A DNA stretch of 64,000 nucleotides. Origin: Macrostomum lignano. Taxonomy: Eukaryota. Shown here piece after piece: positions 35,301 through 47,244 of the stretch. Each line of letters starts with the position of its first letter. Position 1 is the stretch's first letter. Position numbers and translations under genes: made by a program. The DNA is taken from assembly GCA_002269645.1 (NCBI GenBank), contig NIVC01002146.1, forward strand, positions 124,001-188,000, written 5' to 3'. The notes under the pieces are model-generated. The model had not been told where the DNA came from, searched no databases, and worked only from the letters and a program-made list of their open reading frames with translations.

Positions 35301-38300
35301 TTATAAATGTACATTAGCTAGCGCTACTGAAATGTACATGGCAGGCAGATTTAGACTAGAACACCAAGGAAGGCAATAAAAACTGGGCGGCGGGGCGGGG
35401 GTAGAGATTTTTAGGGTTCAGCTGGGAGGGCCAATAAACGAGCCTTTGTGTGTGTACATGGCAGATTGGGCCTAAGGGTTAAGAGGGCTATTAAATGTGT
35501 CTCTATAGTATTCTAGGCTGTAAGCCCCGAGAAAGATTAAAAACAAGGCAAGCCAGGGGTCAATAAACGAGTCGTTCCCTAAAGTACATTAAAAATGTTT
35601 CTATTTGACTTTCTACTGAACTGAAAGTAGCTTACACAGAAATTTGTTAAAATATATAGTATCTGTTGTTCCAATCCAATTTGGCAACATCCGTTATATG
35701 ACTTGCGTAGATTTGCTTTAGATTTGTAACATTATAAATTATAACGCATACGATACTTAGAGAATTTTACGCTATTCGTCATTTCCCACAAAGTCCCACA
35801 TGAGCAGCTTAGATAGATTTTATTAATTCAGTTATCGAACTCTTATAGGTATAATAGTTAGGACATTCCAATCTCGTAACAATCAAACGAGTCAGTTTTA
35901 TTAATCAAACAAACAAATAATTCAATTACTTACTTACGTGAGAGAAAAAAACAAGCAGATTACAGAATTTATCCATCACATTAATGCTTTTATTTGCTTC
36001 TTTTATCAAGTGCTAGTAGTATGTACATCATATTCTATTTTGGTTGATTATTTGAATTCTTGTACCGTGCGTTCGTGACCCATGCCATACGCGCTCCTTG
36101 CTCCGACTGTTAAACTAAGCGAAACTAATAGCACCGCAGCTTCTCATTTGTCGCATTCCGACCCACCCTGTCTCTTTCTCTTTCTATCCAATCGCTAATA
36201 TTATTGCTCACCCGTGACGGACGAACGGCAGACATCTATGGCGCCATTGCTTGACACTGCCGAAGAGTGAAAGATGAGAAAATCAAGGTTTGTGCCACGA
36301 ATCTGTCTGCATTGCAATTCTAAGGGGCAAGAATTGGAAGTCCTGTGTTAGCATTTTACCTTTCGGGCTGCAAGCAAGCCCGGTTGAGACTTCGGAGGAT
36401 CAATAAGTTTTGCTCGATTGTTCGCTTCTCTAATTCCCCTTCCAGTACTGAAGTACTAAGTTATTTGTCTCGCATTCTGAGTACTGTTTTTGAATAAAAG
36501 CCCTTTTTTAACAAAACAAATAGGCTATAAACCAGCAAATGTGAATGTACTCCTATGTCAAGTAATGTGTACACTGCGCGTCATTCAATTTTTTATTGAG
36601 TGATATTCAATGTACATTGCGTGTCGTGCAATATACACTGCGCGACAATGTACATCAGTGTCAATCAGTGTACATTGCGTGTCAATCAATGTACAGGCAT
36701 ATAATATTTCGTATAGTACCGTATGTACTTAAAATAAAATTAATTATTCTTAACTTTGACAATTTTACTGTAAAATAGATATATTCTGTTTAATTTTGTG
36801 TGCACAGGTTGTTATTAAAACTTTTAATAATCGCCTGTCTGTGCTATTTCTGTGTTTGCGCGTGCCTGGCTGCAGAGGATGAGGTACTTTAATCTTCGGT
36901 CGGGTGGCTTGATTGATATTTATATCGAGTGCCCATACTGACAACTTGTCACTCTCGTGTTTTGCAATCTACTTGAAATGTTGCCATTGATTGTTCTACT
37001 GTTAGTTTTGCATATTTAATAATGAAATTTATTTAATTTTTATAGGTAGATCAATCTAATTTAGGTCCTGATCATTCTGATAGTTAATAATTGCTTATAT
37101 TTTCATATTTCGTTAACCAGTCATACCATACCAGTCTCAGGTTATGTCTACCATTCTTCAGGTTATGTCTACCATTCTTCAGGTTATGTCTACCATTCTT
37201 CAGGTTATGTCTACCATTCTTCAGGTTATGTCTGCCATTCTTCAGGGTATGTCTGCCATTCTTCAGGTTATGTCTGCCATTCTTCAGGTTATGTCTACCA
37301 TTCTTCAGGTTATGTCTGCCATTCTTCAGGGTATGTCTGCCATTCTTCAGGGTATGTCTACCATTCTTCAGGGTATGTCTGCCATTCTTCAGGTTATGTC
37401 TGCCATTCTTCAGGTTATGTCTACCATTCTTCAGGTTATGTCTACCATTCTTCAGGTTATGTCTGCCATTCTTCAGGGTATGTCTGCCATTCTTCAGGTT
37501 ATGTCTGCCATTCTTCAGGTTATGTCTGCCATTCTTCAGGTTATGTCTGCCATTCTTCAGGTTATGTCTACCATTCTTCAGGTTATGTCGACCATTCTTC
37601 ATGTTATGTCTACCATTCTTCAGGTTATGTCTGCCATTCTTCAGGTTATGTCTGCCATTCTTCAGGTTATGTCTACCATTCTTCAGGTTATGTCTACCAT
37701 TCTTCAGGTTATGTCTACCATTCTTCAGGTTATGTCTGCCATTCTTCAGGTTATGTCTACCATTCTTCAGGTTATGTCTACCATTCTTCAGGTTATGTCT
37801 GCCATTCTTCAGGTTATGTCTGCCATTCTTCAGGTTATGTCTACCATTCTTCAGGTTATGTCTACCATTCTTCAGGTTATGTCTACCATTCTTCAGGTTA
37901 TGTCTGCCATTCTTCAGGGTATGTCTGCCATTCTTCAGGTTATGTCTGCCATTCTTCAGGTTATGTCTACCATTCTTCAGGTTATGTCTACCATTCTTCA
38001 GGGTATGTCTGCCATTCTTCAGGGTATGTCTGCCATTCTTCAGGTTATGTCTGCCATTCTTCAGGTTATGTCTACCATTCTTCAGGTTATGTCTACCATT
38101 CTTCAGGGTATGTCTGCCATTCTTCAGGGTATGTCTGCCATTCTTCAGGTTATGTCTGCCATTCTTCAGGTTATGTCTACCATTCTTCAGGTTATGTCTA
38201 CCATTTTTCAGGTTATGTCTACGATTCTTCAGAATGTGCCTTACCATTCTTCACGTTGGATGTCTGCCTTTGCTATTAATTTATGTCTTATGAGTATGTA

Positions 38301-39963
38301 GTTAACCTTATTGATATTTTATTTTTAATATTTTCTCCTTAAAAGTTCGAATCTATTTTCACGACAGCAAAGTAAATAATAAGTATTATGAAGTATAGTT
38401 ACGGAGTTCTCGCTAAAAGTATTAAAACTCATTTGAGCCGAAAACAACGCTCAAGTTTTTATAGTAATTTGTTCTTAATGTAAAAGTTCGTTAAAGTTCA
38501 TTTGTTTGACCAAAAGTTTTTTTTGAGAAAAAATTCGCGAAAGTGTCTCAGACATTTGGGCCAGTTAATAGTTATATATTTTGTACCTGATTCGGCAATC
38601 ATGGGCTCCGGTTTTTGCTTGCGCGCGGTCTCGTTTGCACTTTTAAATTAATTAATTGACTACTAAAGGCTTACTAGTGCTATCTTGTGGCTATTTATAC
38701 TTTACTTAGCCCCTTATGCAAGATTGATAATTTCTTAGCGCACCTGCTTTTGTGTAGTTAATTAACTCACAAGAACCTGTTCTTGATCGATTGACCAATC
38801 GCATGCCTGGTGCCTAAATGACTAGCTTGCGGCAGCTTGCTGCAGCTTGCCATGATCAATAGCTTGTTTTATTGTTTTCCTTCATGCTCTATTTATTGGT
38901 TCTCGGCTGATTCATTCGGCTGTATTGGTAAGCCAGGGACCTCTGGATACAGCTGGACTGGAAGCAGGCCCGCACCCATCATGAACTATACTAGTGACCC
39001 CTGGAGCTGGACTGGAAGCGGACCCGCGCCATCCTGAACTCTACCAGGGACCTCTAGGTAGAGTTGGACCGGAAGCAGGCCCGCACCCATCCTGAACTCT
39101 ACCAGGGACCTCTTGGTAGAGTTGGACCGGAAGCAGGCCCGCACCCATCCTGAACTCTACCAGGGACCTCTTGGTAGAGTTGGACCGGAAGCAGGCCCGC
39201 ACCCATCCTGAACTCTACCAGGGACCTCTAGGTAGAGTTGGACCGGAAGCAGGCCCGCACCCATCATGAACTATACTAGTGACCCCTGGAGCTGGACTGG
39301 AAGCAGGCCCGCACCCATCCTGAACTCTACCAGGGACCTCTGGATACAGCTGGACTGGAAGCAGCGGACCCGCGCCTATCCTGAACTCTACCAGGGACCT
39401 CTAGATAGAGGTGGACTGGAAGTGACAGACCCGCGCCTATCCTGAACTCTGCCAGGGACCTCTGGATAGAGCTGGACTGGAAGCGGAATCTTACGGCCGA
39501 ATCTCAGCTAGAACTAGAATAGAGTGCCTGCTTTCAGTTCTGGCTTGTTCTTAGTCACTAGGCTAATTCAACCATGACTTGAATTGAAGCCACAGATAGA
39601 AAGCAAAATTTACATTGTAGCTACTAACTAAAGTGAGTAGCTGGACTGGATAGCGTGACCAGAAAAGAAGTGTATTGTAATATTGCAAAAGCCGTTGGAA
39701 TTATTCAACTGTGGGAAGACAGGCAGCGTCCCTACTCAGTAGTGAAGCACTGCACCTCATTTAATTTTAGTCTTGGCCTGCCAATAAGTTTGCCGCGTTT
39801 ACAGATTTAATTTGCACGCTAATACGTTTTATTTAGAATTTGACGACTGCCTGTTGGTTGATATTAATATCGTTTGAACTGCGAGCGTGATTAACAGCTG
39901 GCTATCAATTGAGTTTTCGTCTTTTTGTCATTCTATGATAATTATCATATTATTACGTATAAC

Positions 39964-40006
<43 letters not shown>

Positions 40007-40420
40007 TAACTTGACGCCCTCCAAGGCCTGGGCGTGTGTTTTTCTTTTGTACACTTCTTTTAAGTGCCAAATAATTTCTTGTTGTGGACCTCACCTCGCG
40101 CACTAATCCGAATTTAATCACCCGATCCTTCCCAAATCTCGGGAGCCGTTTTGCACGTAGCGCACTGGGGGGGGGACAGATTTGTCATCATCAATGCCGA
40201 ATTTATAGTTAACTGTATTATTTTACCTGCTCTAGTCAGATGTCAATCTGATTTATTACTGACGTTTGTCTTCTGATGCCTTTATTGTATTCGTACGCGC
40301 TTCAGTCTTAGCATTTCTTGCTTCAGCAACAACTCAGTGTCGCTGCTGCTGCTAGTGGAAAAGTTTAATGCTTTTATTATTGATATCAAAGTGACTAATG
40401 ATGCTTTAATTAACTAGCGA

Positions 40421-40454
<34 letters not shown>

Positions 40455-40474
40455 CCTGTCTGTCTGTCTGTCCC

Positions 40475-40506
<32 letters not shown>

Positions 40507-40540
40507 CCTGTCTGTCTGTCCCTGTCTGTCTGTCTGTCCC

Positions 40541-40600
<60 letters not shown>

Positions 40601-40664
40601 CCTGTCTGTCTGTCCCTGTCTGTCTGTCTTTCTGTCTGTCTGTCCCTGTCTGTCTGTCTGTCCC

Positions 40665-40712
<48 letters not shown>

Positions 40713-40728
40713 CCTGTCTGTCTGTCCC

Positions 40729-40784
<56 letters not shown>

Positions 40785-40895
40785 CCTGTCTGTCTGTCCC
40801 TGTCTGTCTGTCTGTCTGTGTCTGTCTGCCTGTCTGTCTGTCTGTCTGCCTGTCTGTCTGTCTGTCTGTGTCTGTCTGTCTGTCTGTCTCTCTGC

Positions 40896-40934
<39 letters not shown>

Positions 40935-40992
40935 GTCTGTCTGTCTCTCTGCTGTCTGTCTTTCTGTCTGTCTGTCTGTCTGTGTGTCTGAC

Positions 40993-41024
<32 letters not shown>

Positions 41025-44000
41025 CGCCTGCCTGTCTGTCTCTCTGACAGACTGTCTGACTGTTTGTGAGCCTCTATGACTTCTATCAGTTTCTATCTTT
41101 CATTAACTCAGTAAAAATGCAAAGTTTTAAAATCGTTTTGCCATTTTTCTGCACACAATATTATCTTAACGATTCAAATTGCTACAAAAGACAAGTGTGG
41201 CAAATTTGCTAGCCAAAACTCGTCCCTTGTTTTCATGCCGTGACCCAGAAGTCAGGTCGCTACTCTTCGCATTGAGACAAAAATAATGATATATTGAATT
41301 ATGTTACGTCACCAATGCAGCAATACTCTCGTAACAAAGTTTTGTATTATTTATTAAACTGCCGAAATCATAAACTAGTTTGTAATGACAATTAGCCAGG
41401 AATGCAGGACCCAGCCTAGAATCTGCTAGTCGCATACAGTGCACGCATTGATTATTGATACAGTTTCAGGGAGATTATCATCACGAAAGTTGCTTTCACT
41501 TCAGGCAAAGAAAATCGACTTGTTTGTTGCGTTTTTTTCATTTTTCCAGTTTCTTAATTATGATGTGCGATTAATAAAAAAATGCAAGTTATTTACTTTT
41601 CATTTGTATCCCCAATCCAGGTGTCTGTTTCGAAGAGTTAAGTACATTAGTGTGCTCTTTCCCTAGCAGATCATCGACCAGTTGTATTTTTAGTATTAAG
41701 AGCCAGTCAGTTTTTATGGTATATTTAATACATAAGAATGATTGGTTTATCTGCAGACTTTATAGTCGCTATCAAATATTCGTGCTAGATGTCTATGCAA
41801 ATTATTTTGTTTCAAAACAATGACCTAAAATTATCTATAATTTTTCTTTAAAATGAACGAACTGGGGAACTGAGAGGGTGTAGCATTTTTTAACTCAGGC
41901 CATGTACATTCAGGACTCATTCTTACACCCTCCATATCGGCGGGCGCTCCGTCCTCCGGTCCACCGCTCCCGTTTTAGGCGAAGTCAGACTTCCTCAAGC
42001 TGCTGAAGGAGCAGTCGGGCCTCAGTCGGTCGTCGCGTTGGAGCGAGGTCCGCAAGACCATCGACTCAGATCCGCGCTACCGGGCAGTGGAGAGCAGCTC
42101 AAGGCGGGAGGACTACTTCAAGGATTACATCAAAGGATTAGATAGTGTGAGCTCATCAATCTGTTTGAGAATTTGTTTCTTTGAGAAGGCTTGTGTCTGG
42201 ACTGGGGTCCTAGATGGCCACTACCGCTGTTTAGTTGGGTTAGATAAGTGGGTGAAGGTAGGTAGATAATGTGAGGTAGATAAGCAGGTGAGGTAGCTTA
42301 GCAGGTGAGGTAGATAAGCAGGTTAGGTAGATAAGCAGGTGAGGTAGCTAAGCAGGTGAGGTAGATAAGAAGGTGAGGTAGATAAGCAAGTGAGGTAGAT
42401 AAGCAGGTGAGGTAGATAAGCAGGTGAGGTATTGCATAAATAAGCAGGTGAGGTAGATAAGCAGGTGAGGTAGATAAGCAGGTTAGGTAGATAAGCAGGT
42501 GAGGTAGCTAAGCAGGTTAGGTAGCTAAGCAGGTTAGGTAGATAAGCAGGTGAGATAGATAAGCAGGTGAGGTAGATAAGCAGGTGAGGTAGATAAGCAA
42601 GTGAGGTAGAAAAGCAGGTGAGGTAGATAAGCAGGTGAGGTAGCTAAGCAGGTGAGGTAGCTAAGCAGGTTAGGTAGATAAGCAGGTGAGGTAGATAAGC
42701 AGGTGAGGTAGATAAGCAAGTGAGGTAGATAAGCAGGTGAGGTAGATAAGCAGGTGAGGTAGATAAGCAGGTGAGGTAGATAAGCAAGTGAGGTAGATAA
42801 GCAGGTGAGGTAGATAAGCAGGTGAGGTAGATAAGCAGGTGATTTAGATAAGCAAGTGAGGTAGATAAGCAGGTGAGGTAGATAAGCAGGTGAGGTAGAT
42901 AAGCAGGTGAGGTAGATAAGCAGGTGAGGTAGATAAGCGAGGTAGGATAGATAATCTAGGTAAGCAGAGGAGCCAGTTAAGGTAGGTGGATAATCCGATC
43001 CCAATCCTCTATCCTCTATCCTTCATCAGAAGAGCGACCGGCACCACGGTCACCGCGGTGAAGCTTTAGAGAAGTCCAGCGCTGGTGATACCAGCACCAA
43101 AGATGGTCAACAGAGCGGCGAGCCTGCCGCTGGCGCCTCGGCCGCCGCTTCAGATGACGAAGCCGACAATGAGGAAGCCGAAGACGAGGAGACTCGGCGC
43201 GTTCGGGAGCGCCGCGAGCGCCAAGAGGCCAGCATTAGGGAGCGCCAGAAGGCCGTCAAAGAGGAGATGGCGTCTATTCTGCGCGAGCGGGACAAGGTAA
43301 ACATGTCTAGCTGATGTTCTCCTCGGGTTCGTATATATTTAATATATAAGCCGTTAGGTAGAGATGTGAGGAGATGGGGAAGATAGGGGAGAAAATGGGA
43401 AAGGTAAGGACAGGATGGGGAAGCTGAAGGAGAGGATGGGGAAGCTGATGGAGAGGATGGGGAAGATGAGGGAGATGATGGGGAACATAAGGGAGAGGAT
43501 GGGGAACATGAGGGAGAGGATGAGGAACATGAGGGAGAGGATGTGGAAGAAGGGAGGGTGGGGGAGTAGAAGGGAAAGATAAGGGAGAGGATATGGAAGG
43601 GTATTGAAAAGATAGAGGAGAGGGTGAGGGAGGGGATGGAAAGATGGGGAGAGGGTGGGAAAGATGGGGGAGAGGATGGGAAAGATGGGGGAGAGGGTGG
43701 GGAAGATGGGGGAGAGGGTCTGGAAGATGGGGAAGAGGGTGGGGAAGATGGGGAAGAGGATGGGAAAGATGGGGGAGGGGATGGGAAAGATGGGGAGGAT
43801 GGGAAAGATGGGGGAGAGGGTGGGGAAGATGGGGGAGAGGGTGGGGAAGATGGGGGAGAGGATGGGAAAGATGGGGGAGGGGATGGGAAAGATGGGGGAG
43901 AGGGTGGGGAAGATGGGGGAGAGGATGGGAAAGATGGGGGAGGGGATGGGAAAGATGGGGAGAGGGTGGGGAAGATGGGGGAAGAGGATGGGAAAGATGG

Positions 44001-45759
44001 GGGAGAGGGTGGGGAAGATGGGGGAGAGGATGGGAAGATAGGAAGGATGGGGGAAGAGGATGGGAGATGTTGGGGAGAGAGTGAGAATGTGGAAAAATTA
44101 TTCAGTTAGTAAGAGATAATGAGGATCTCCTTGCGGTTATTAATAAAATTTATAGAAGCATATACATTATTTACTCACTAAATTGTCTTGTTTCACATCC
44201 CTAAACAAAGGAGCGCGACGCTCATAAGCACACGGAAGCTGCCGACATGTTCCGCGCCCTGCTCTCCGACATGGTGCGCCACCCCGATGCTACCTGGCGT
44301 GAAGTGAAAAAAGCGCTGCGCCGTGACACCCGCTGGCAGGCGTGCGAAGCCCTCAGCCGGGACGAAAAGGCGGCCATCTTTGACGATCATTTGAAGACTC
44401 TTATTGGCAAAAGCAAAGAGATGTTCCACCGCCTCCTAGACGAGACCGACGGCATCGGGTTGGACATCACCTGGCACCAGGTGAAGCAATGCATTTGCGT
44501 GGCCTGAGAGCAAAGCAAAGCAAAATATTAAAGCTTTGATGTGCTTCGTATCTTAGTCAGTTAGCCCGAAACAAGCACTCCAGTTTTCTTCTGATAAGCT
44601 GTTTTAGTTTATCACAATGTTTATTAAGTAGTAATGTACGTTTTGCCTCATTGCCTGTTAATCTGCAACAGAGGCAAATAAATTACTGTTGGATTAACCA
44701 ATATGTACTTTTGTAGCTACTGTTTTCACTACTGTAGTGAAACAAAGTTTTACTCGTTTGAATACAAAAACAAATTATAGTTTATTAAAAACCATACTAA
44801 AAAGCGTCATGATAATCGCTAGAGTCATTGCAAACAACTCACTAGGATTCTAATCACAGGAGTAGCGACTCCTGTGACTTTTTAACGACTCAAACCACTG
44901 TAATGCGACGGAGTGGCAATTGTTGAGTCACGAGCGCATCACGCGCGATTTGCGGAATCGTAAAAGAGTCTCGAAAAGTCGTCCAAGACTCAAATGGACT
45001 AAAGATTCGTTATAAATGCAAAATGCGATTCCAATATTCATTAAGTGGCGCAGATGCACTTTAGACGCAACTCTGTGATTCTACAACGATTTTAGCACGT
45101 CTTAAACACGACTCTGCGGCCCCACAGTCATCATAGAAGCGCCCTAGAGTCACGGACAATAAAACGCCTCAAATTGACCCTTAGACGACTATTTGACGAC
45201 TTTTTGGCGTCTTGTACTGTGACGTCGCGTCGTTTTAGAGTTGTCTAGAGTCACATTACCTATTTTACCTGTTACTGGTAACGATTCTCGGGCAACGCAA
45301 GTGACCCTGGGACGCTTCTTGATCTGGGCACCGTCTGATCTGAGTGCCCAAAGCCCTCGCCTGCGAAGTAGGCAGCTAAATAAACCATATTAATTTCATT
45401 GACAGGCCCGCCGGCTCATACGCGACGATCCGCGCTACAAGCGATTCTCCAGCAGCGAAAAGAAACGCGAGCGCGAGTTCAACGCCTGGCTGGAAGGCCG
45501 GCTAGATCGAGCCCGCCAGGAGCTCCGCCGCCTCCTAGACGAGTGCAAGTTCATCACGCACGAGACCGGGCGGCGCTACGAGGAGAGCGAAACGGTCCGC
45601 CGCGACCTGACCTCAGCTCTGGCCAAGGACCGGCGCTACCTGGTGTTCGAGCCGCTGCCCGCCCAGCGGGATCGCATCATTCTGGACTATTTGCGCGAGT
45701 GCGAGGCCAAGGGACCGCCGCCGCCGCCTACGGCTAGCGAGCCAGGCAAGCGAAAGTAA
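26859..45759 (+). CDS. TCERG1: Transcription elongation regulator 1 (CA150) orthologue; exons 26859-27882, 29340-30805, 32696-32849, 41979-42146, 43030-43296, 44211-44480, 45406-45759
   Basis: Three WW domains ([19 protein letters not shown]; [19 protein letters not shown]; [23 protein letters not shown]). FF repeats ([32 protein letters not shown]; [10 protein letters not shown]). C-terminus [11 protein letters not shown]. All six introns are GT-AG and phase-compatible. Confidence 0.95.
27942..29145 (+). mobile_element. Mariner element with decayed transposase, in TCERG1 intron
   Basis: 26-bp perfect TIR CGAGGGGTGATCAAAAAGTTCTGCAA with TA on both sides. WVPHLL, ITGEE, LHHDNA motifs. Frameshifts, and the YSPDL region is missing. 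Confidence 0.95.
29252..29316. repeat. (GACA)n microsatellite just upstream of a 3' splice site
   Basis: Directly visible. Confidence 0.95.
31179..32065. mobile_element. Mutator-like MITE with 9-bp TSD, TTAGGG-like tract and 49-bp internal tandem array
   Basis: TSD GTCTCAGTG (31170-31178, 32066-32074). TIR GGGnnnCATCAnAAGCTCGAAAAATCACATCGTCG. 49-bp unit at ~31385-32010. Confidence 0.9.
32150..32560. repeat. Dispersed repeat (MITE-like), family shared with 44810-45330
   Basis: Shared blocks such as GCAGATGCACTTTAGACGCAACTC and ACAATAAAACGCC...GACGACTTTTTGGCG...GGGACGCT. Confidence 0.8.
33030..33870. repeat. 20-bp G-rich minisatellite GGGTGTTTGAAGGAGTGG(TT/GG)
   Basis: Directly visible. Confidence 0.95.
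33880..34365. repeat. 21-23-bp minisatellite GTGTCTGGAGAGAGAGGAGTG(A/G)G
   Basis: Directly visible. Confidence 0.9.
35140..35640. repeat. MITE-like repeat with inverted ends, family shared with 49200-49670
   Basis: ATAACT(A/T)GATGGGCCACT and TTCAGTTCAGTAG / CTACTGAACTGAAAGTAG occur in both copies. Confidence 0.55.
37138..38232. repeat. 21-bp minisatellite CAGGTTATGTCT(A/G)CCATTCTT, about 52 copies
   Basis: Directly visible; source of the repeat ORFs at 37084-38301. Confidence 0.97.
38930..39490. repeat. 58-bp minisatellite with internal palindrome, about 9 copies
   Basis: Unit spacing 39047 to 39105 = 58 bp. AACTCTACC...GGTAGAGTT inverted pair in the most conserved units. Confidence 0.9.
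39968..40005. repeat. (TA)n microsatellite
   Basis: Directly visible. Confidence 0.95.
40421..41045. repeat. (TCTG)n microsatellite with TCCCTG interruptions
   Basis: Directly visible. Confidence 0.97.
42260..42945. repeat. 17-bp minisatellite AGGTAGATAAGCAGGTG, about 40 copies
   Basis: Directly visible; fills most of TCERG1 intron 42147-43029. Confidence 0.95.
43370..44080. repeat. Purine-rich degenerate repeat (GGGAAGATGGGGGAGAG-like)
   Basis: Almost C-free G/A tract filling intron 43297-44210. Confidence 0.9.
44810..45330. repeat. Dispersed repeat (MITE-like), family shared with 32150-32560
   Basis: Same shared blocks as the 32150-32560 copy. Confidence 0.8.
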
Positions 45760-47244
45760 CCGGAAGTAGCCGGAAGTGGCCGGATATCTTTAGTATAGCG
45801 GATATTCGATCTGTAAAATGTCACCCATCCTGTCATCGTGTCTTATAGCGCAGATCTGTCTAATACTCGTACTAGATGATGAACCACTCCAGGTTTTCGA
45901 TTTTTTCCCAAACTCGGTACCAAAACCCGACCCTGAACCCCAGACACCCCTAGGAACAAGCAACCACAGTAAAATCATATTTCTCCGAGGTTGTGCTGAC
46001 TTTTCATCTCCAAGATGTCACTTCATCAGAGAAAGACGCTAATGGCGTCTGCTTTAATACTGAAGTATAAATAGGAGACAGGAAAACTATAGTGTTTTTT
46101 TTGGAGAAATAATATGTTTAAGTGGCAAGCTCTCAACATTACCAGATTATATTATCGACACCACAATTTGCAGATCGAAATTCGCTTCTTTTTTTTGTTT
46201 CACTCGCCATAATTTAAATCTGTGACCTGATGCTACTGTTAGTAGCACTGTCGATTGCATCAAGTTTTCGGTCAAATATATTGTGTAAAACTGGGCATAA
46301 GCTGTTGCTAAGCAAGACCAATGATAGCTGAATTGATTGCATCTTTTTGTTCTCCCCTCCCTTGTCTCGTTTATGTATCTTTTCTGATGAATAGCTTAAT
46401 AATACATATTCCATTTGTGTCCGTATTACCAGTTTCTTCAATTGTCATTCTTTGCCTCCCCTGTGTAGAATTTTTAAACTGTTTCCTAGGCATCCACAGT
46501 TGTTGTCAGCGACGTTTATTAAATTATTATTGTTATATAGCTAATTTACATTCTGGCCTATGCTATTTTATTGTATGTTTTTGCCCCCCATGCGCTTAGT
46601 CAGTAGCATGTAACGCATAGTGTTGCCTGCAATTCATTATTAAGCTAATTACCGTACCAATTTGACCTGCTTATCCAATTGTCCCGTTACTGACGCTTAG
46701 CAGCAACCTTTTGCTCGTGTTTTTTTATATTGTAATAAACTATATCCATTGGAATTATGTTCCTTATTGTGTGAACGGTAACGGTTTCTGCGTTCCTTCT
46801 TTTAAGTTTAGTAGCTCGGAGGGTTTGCAAAACTTTTTTCGGGGACCCAACTCTCACCTATTGCTAGCCAGTTTCCCCTCTACTTAAAAAACTTAACTAC
46901 AGAATACTCCTAATAGTAGTGTAAATTGAAAGTTGCAACTTTTTATTCCTACTTTAACCCATGGGCTTCGTTATAAATCAAATTCTTTAAATTCTTATAA
47001 TCAACGAAATCCAGCGAGGAATAAAGAAGTCACTTCGCTTCCATATCTCCTGTGTTCCCTGATCTGCAAGAGAAGGGGGCGGAGGACGGCAGCAAGGCCT
47101 TTTCATTTCTGAGCAGTCGCTCAACAGACTAAGCAATAGGAGCGCATTTTACACAGCTTTCCACGCGAACTGTTAGCTGCTTAGTAAATAATAGACGGAA
47201 AATTAGGATTTTTTTATGATAGGGCCCTATGTCTGCTATTCCAG

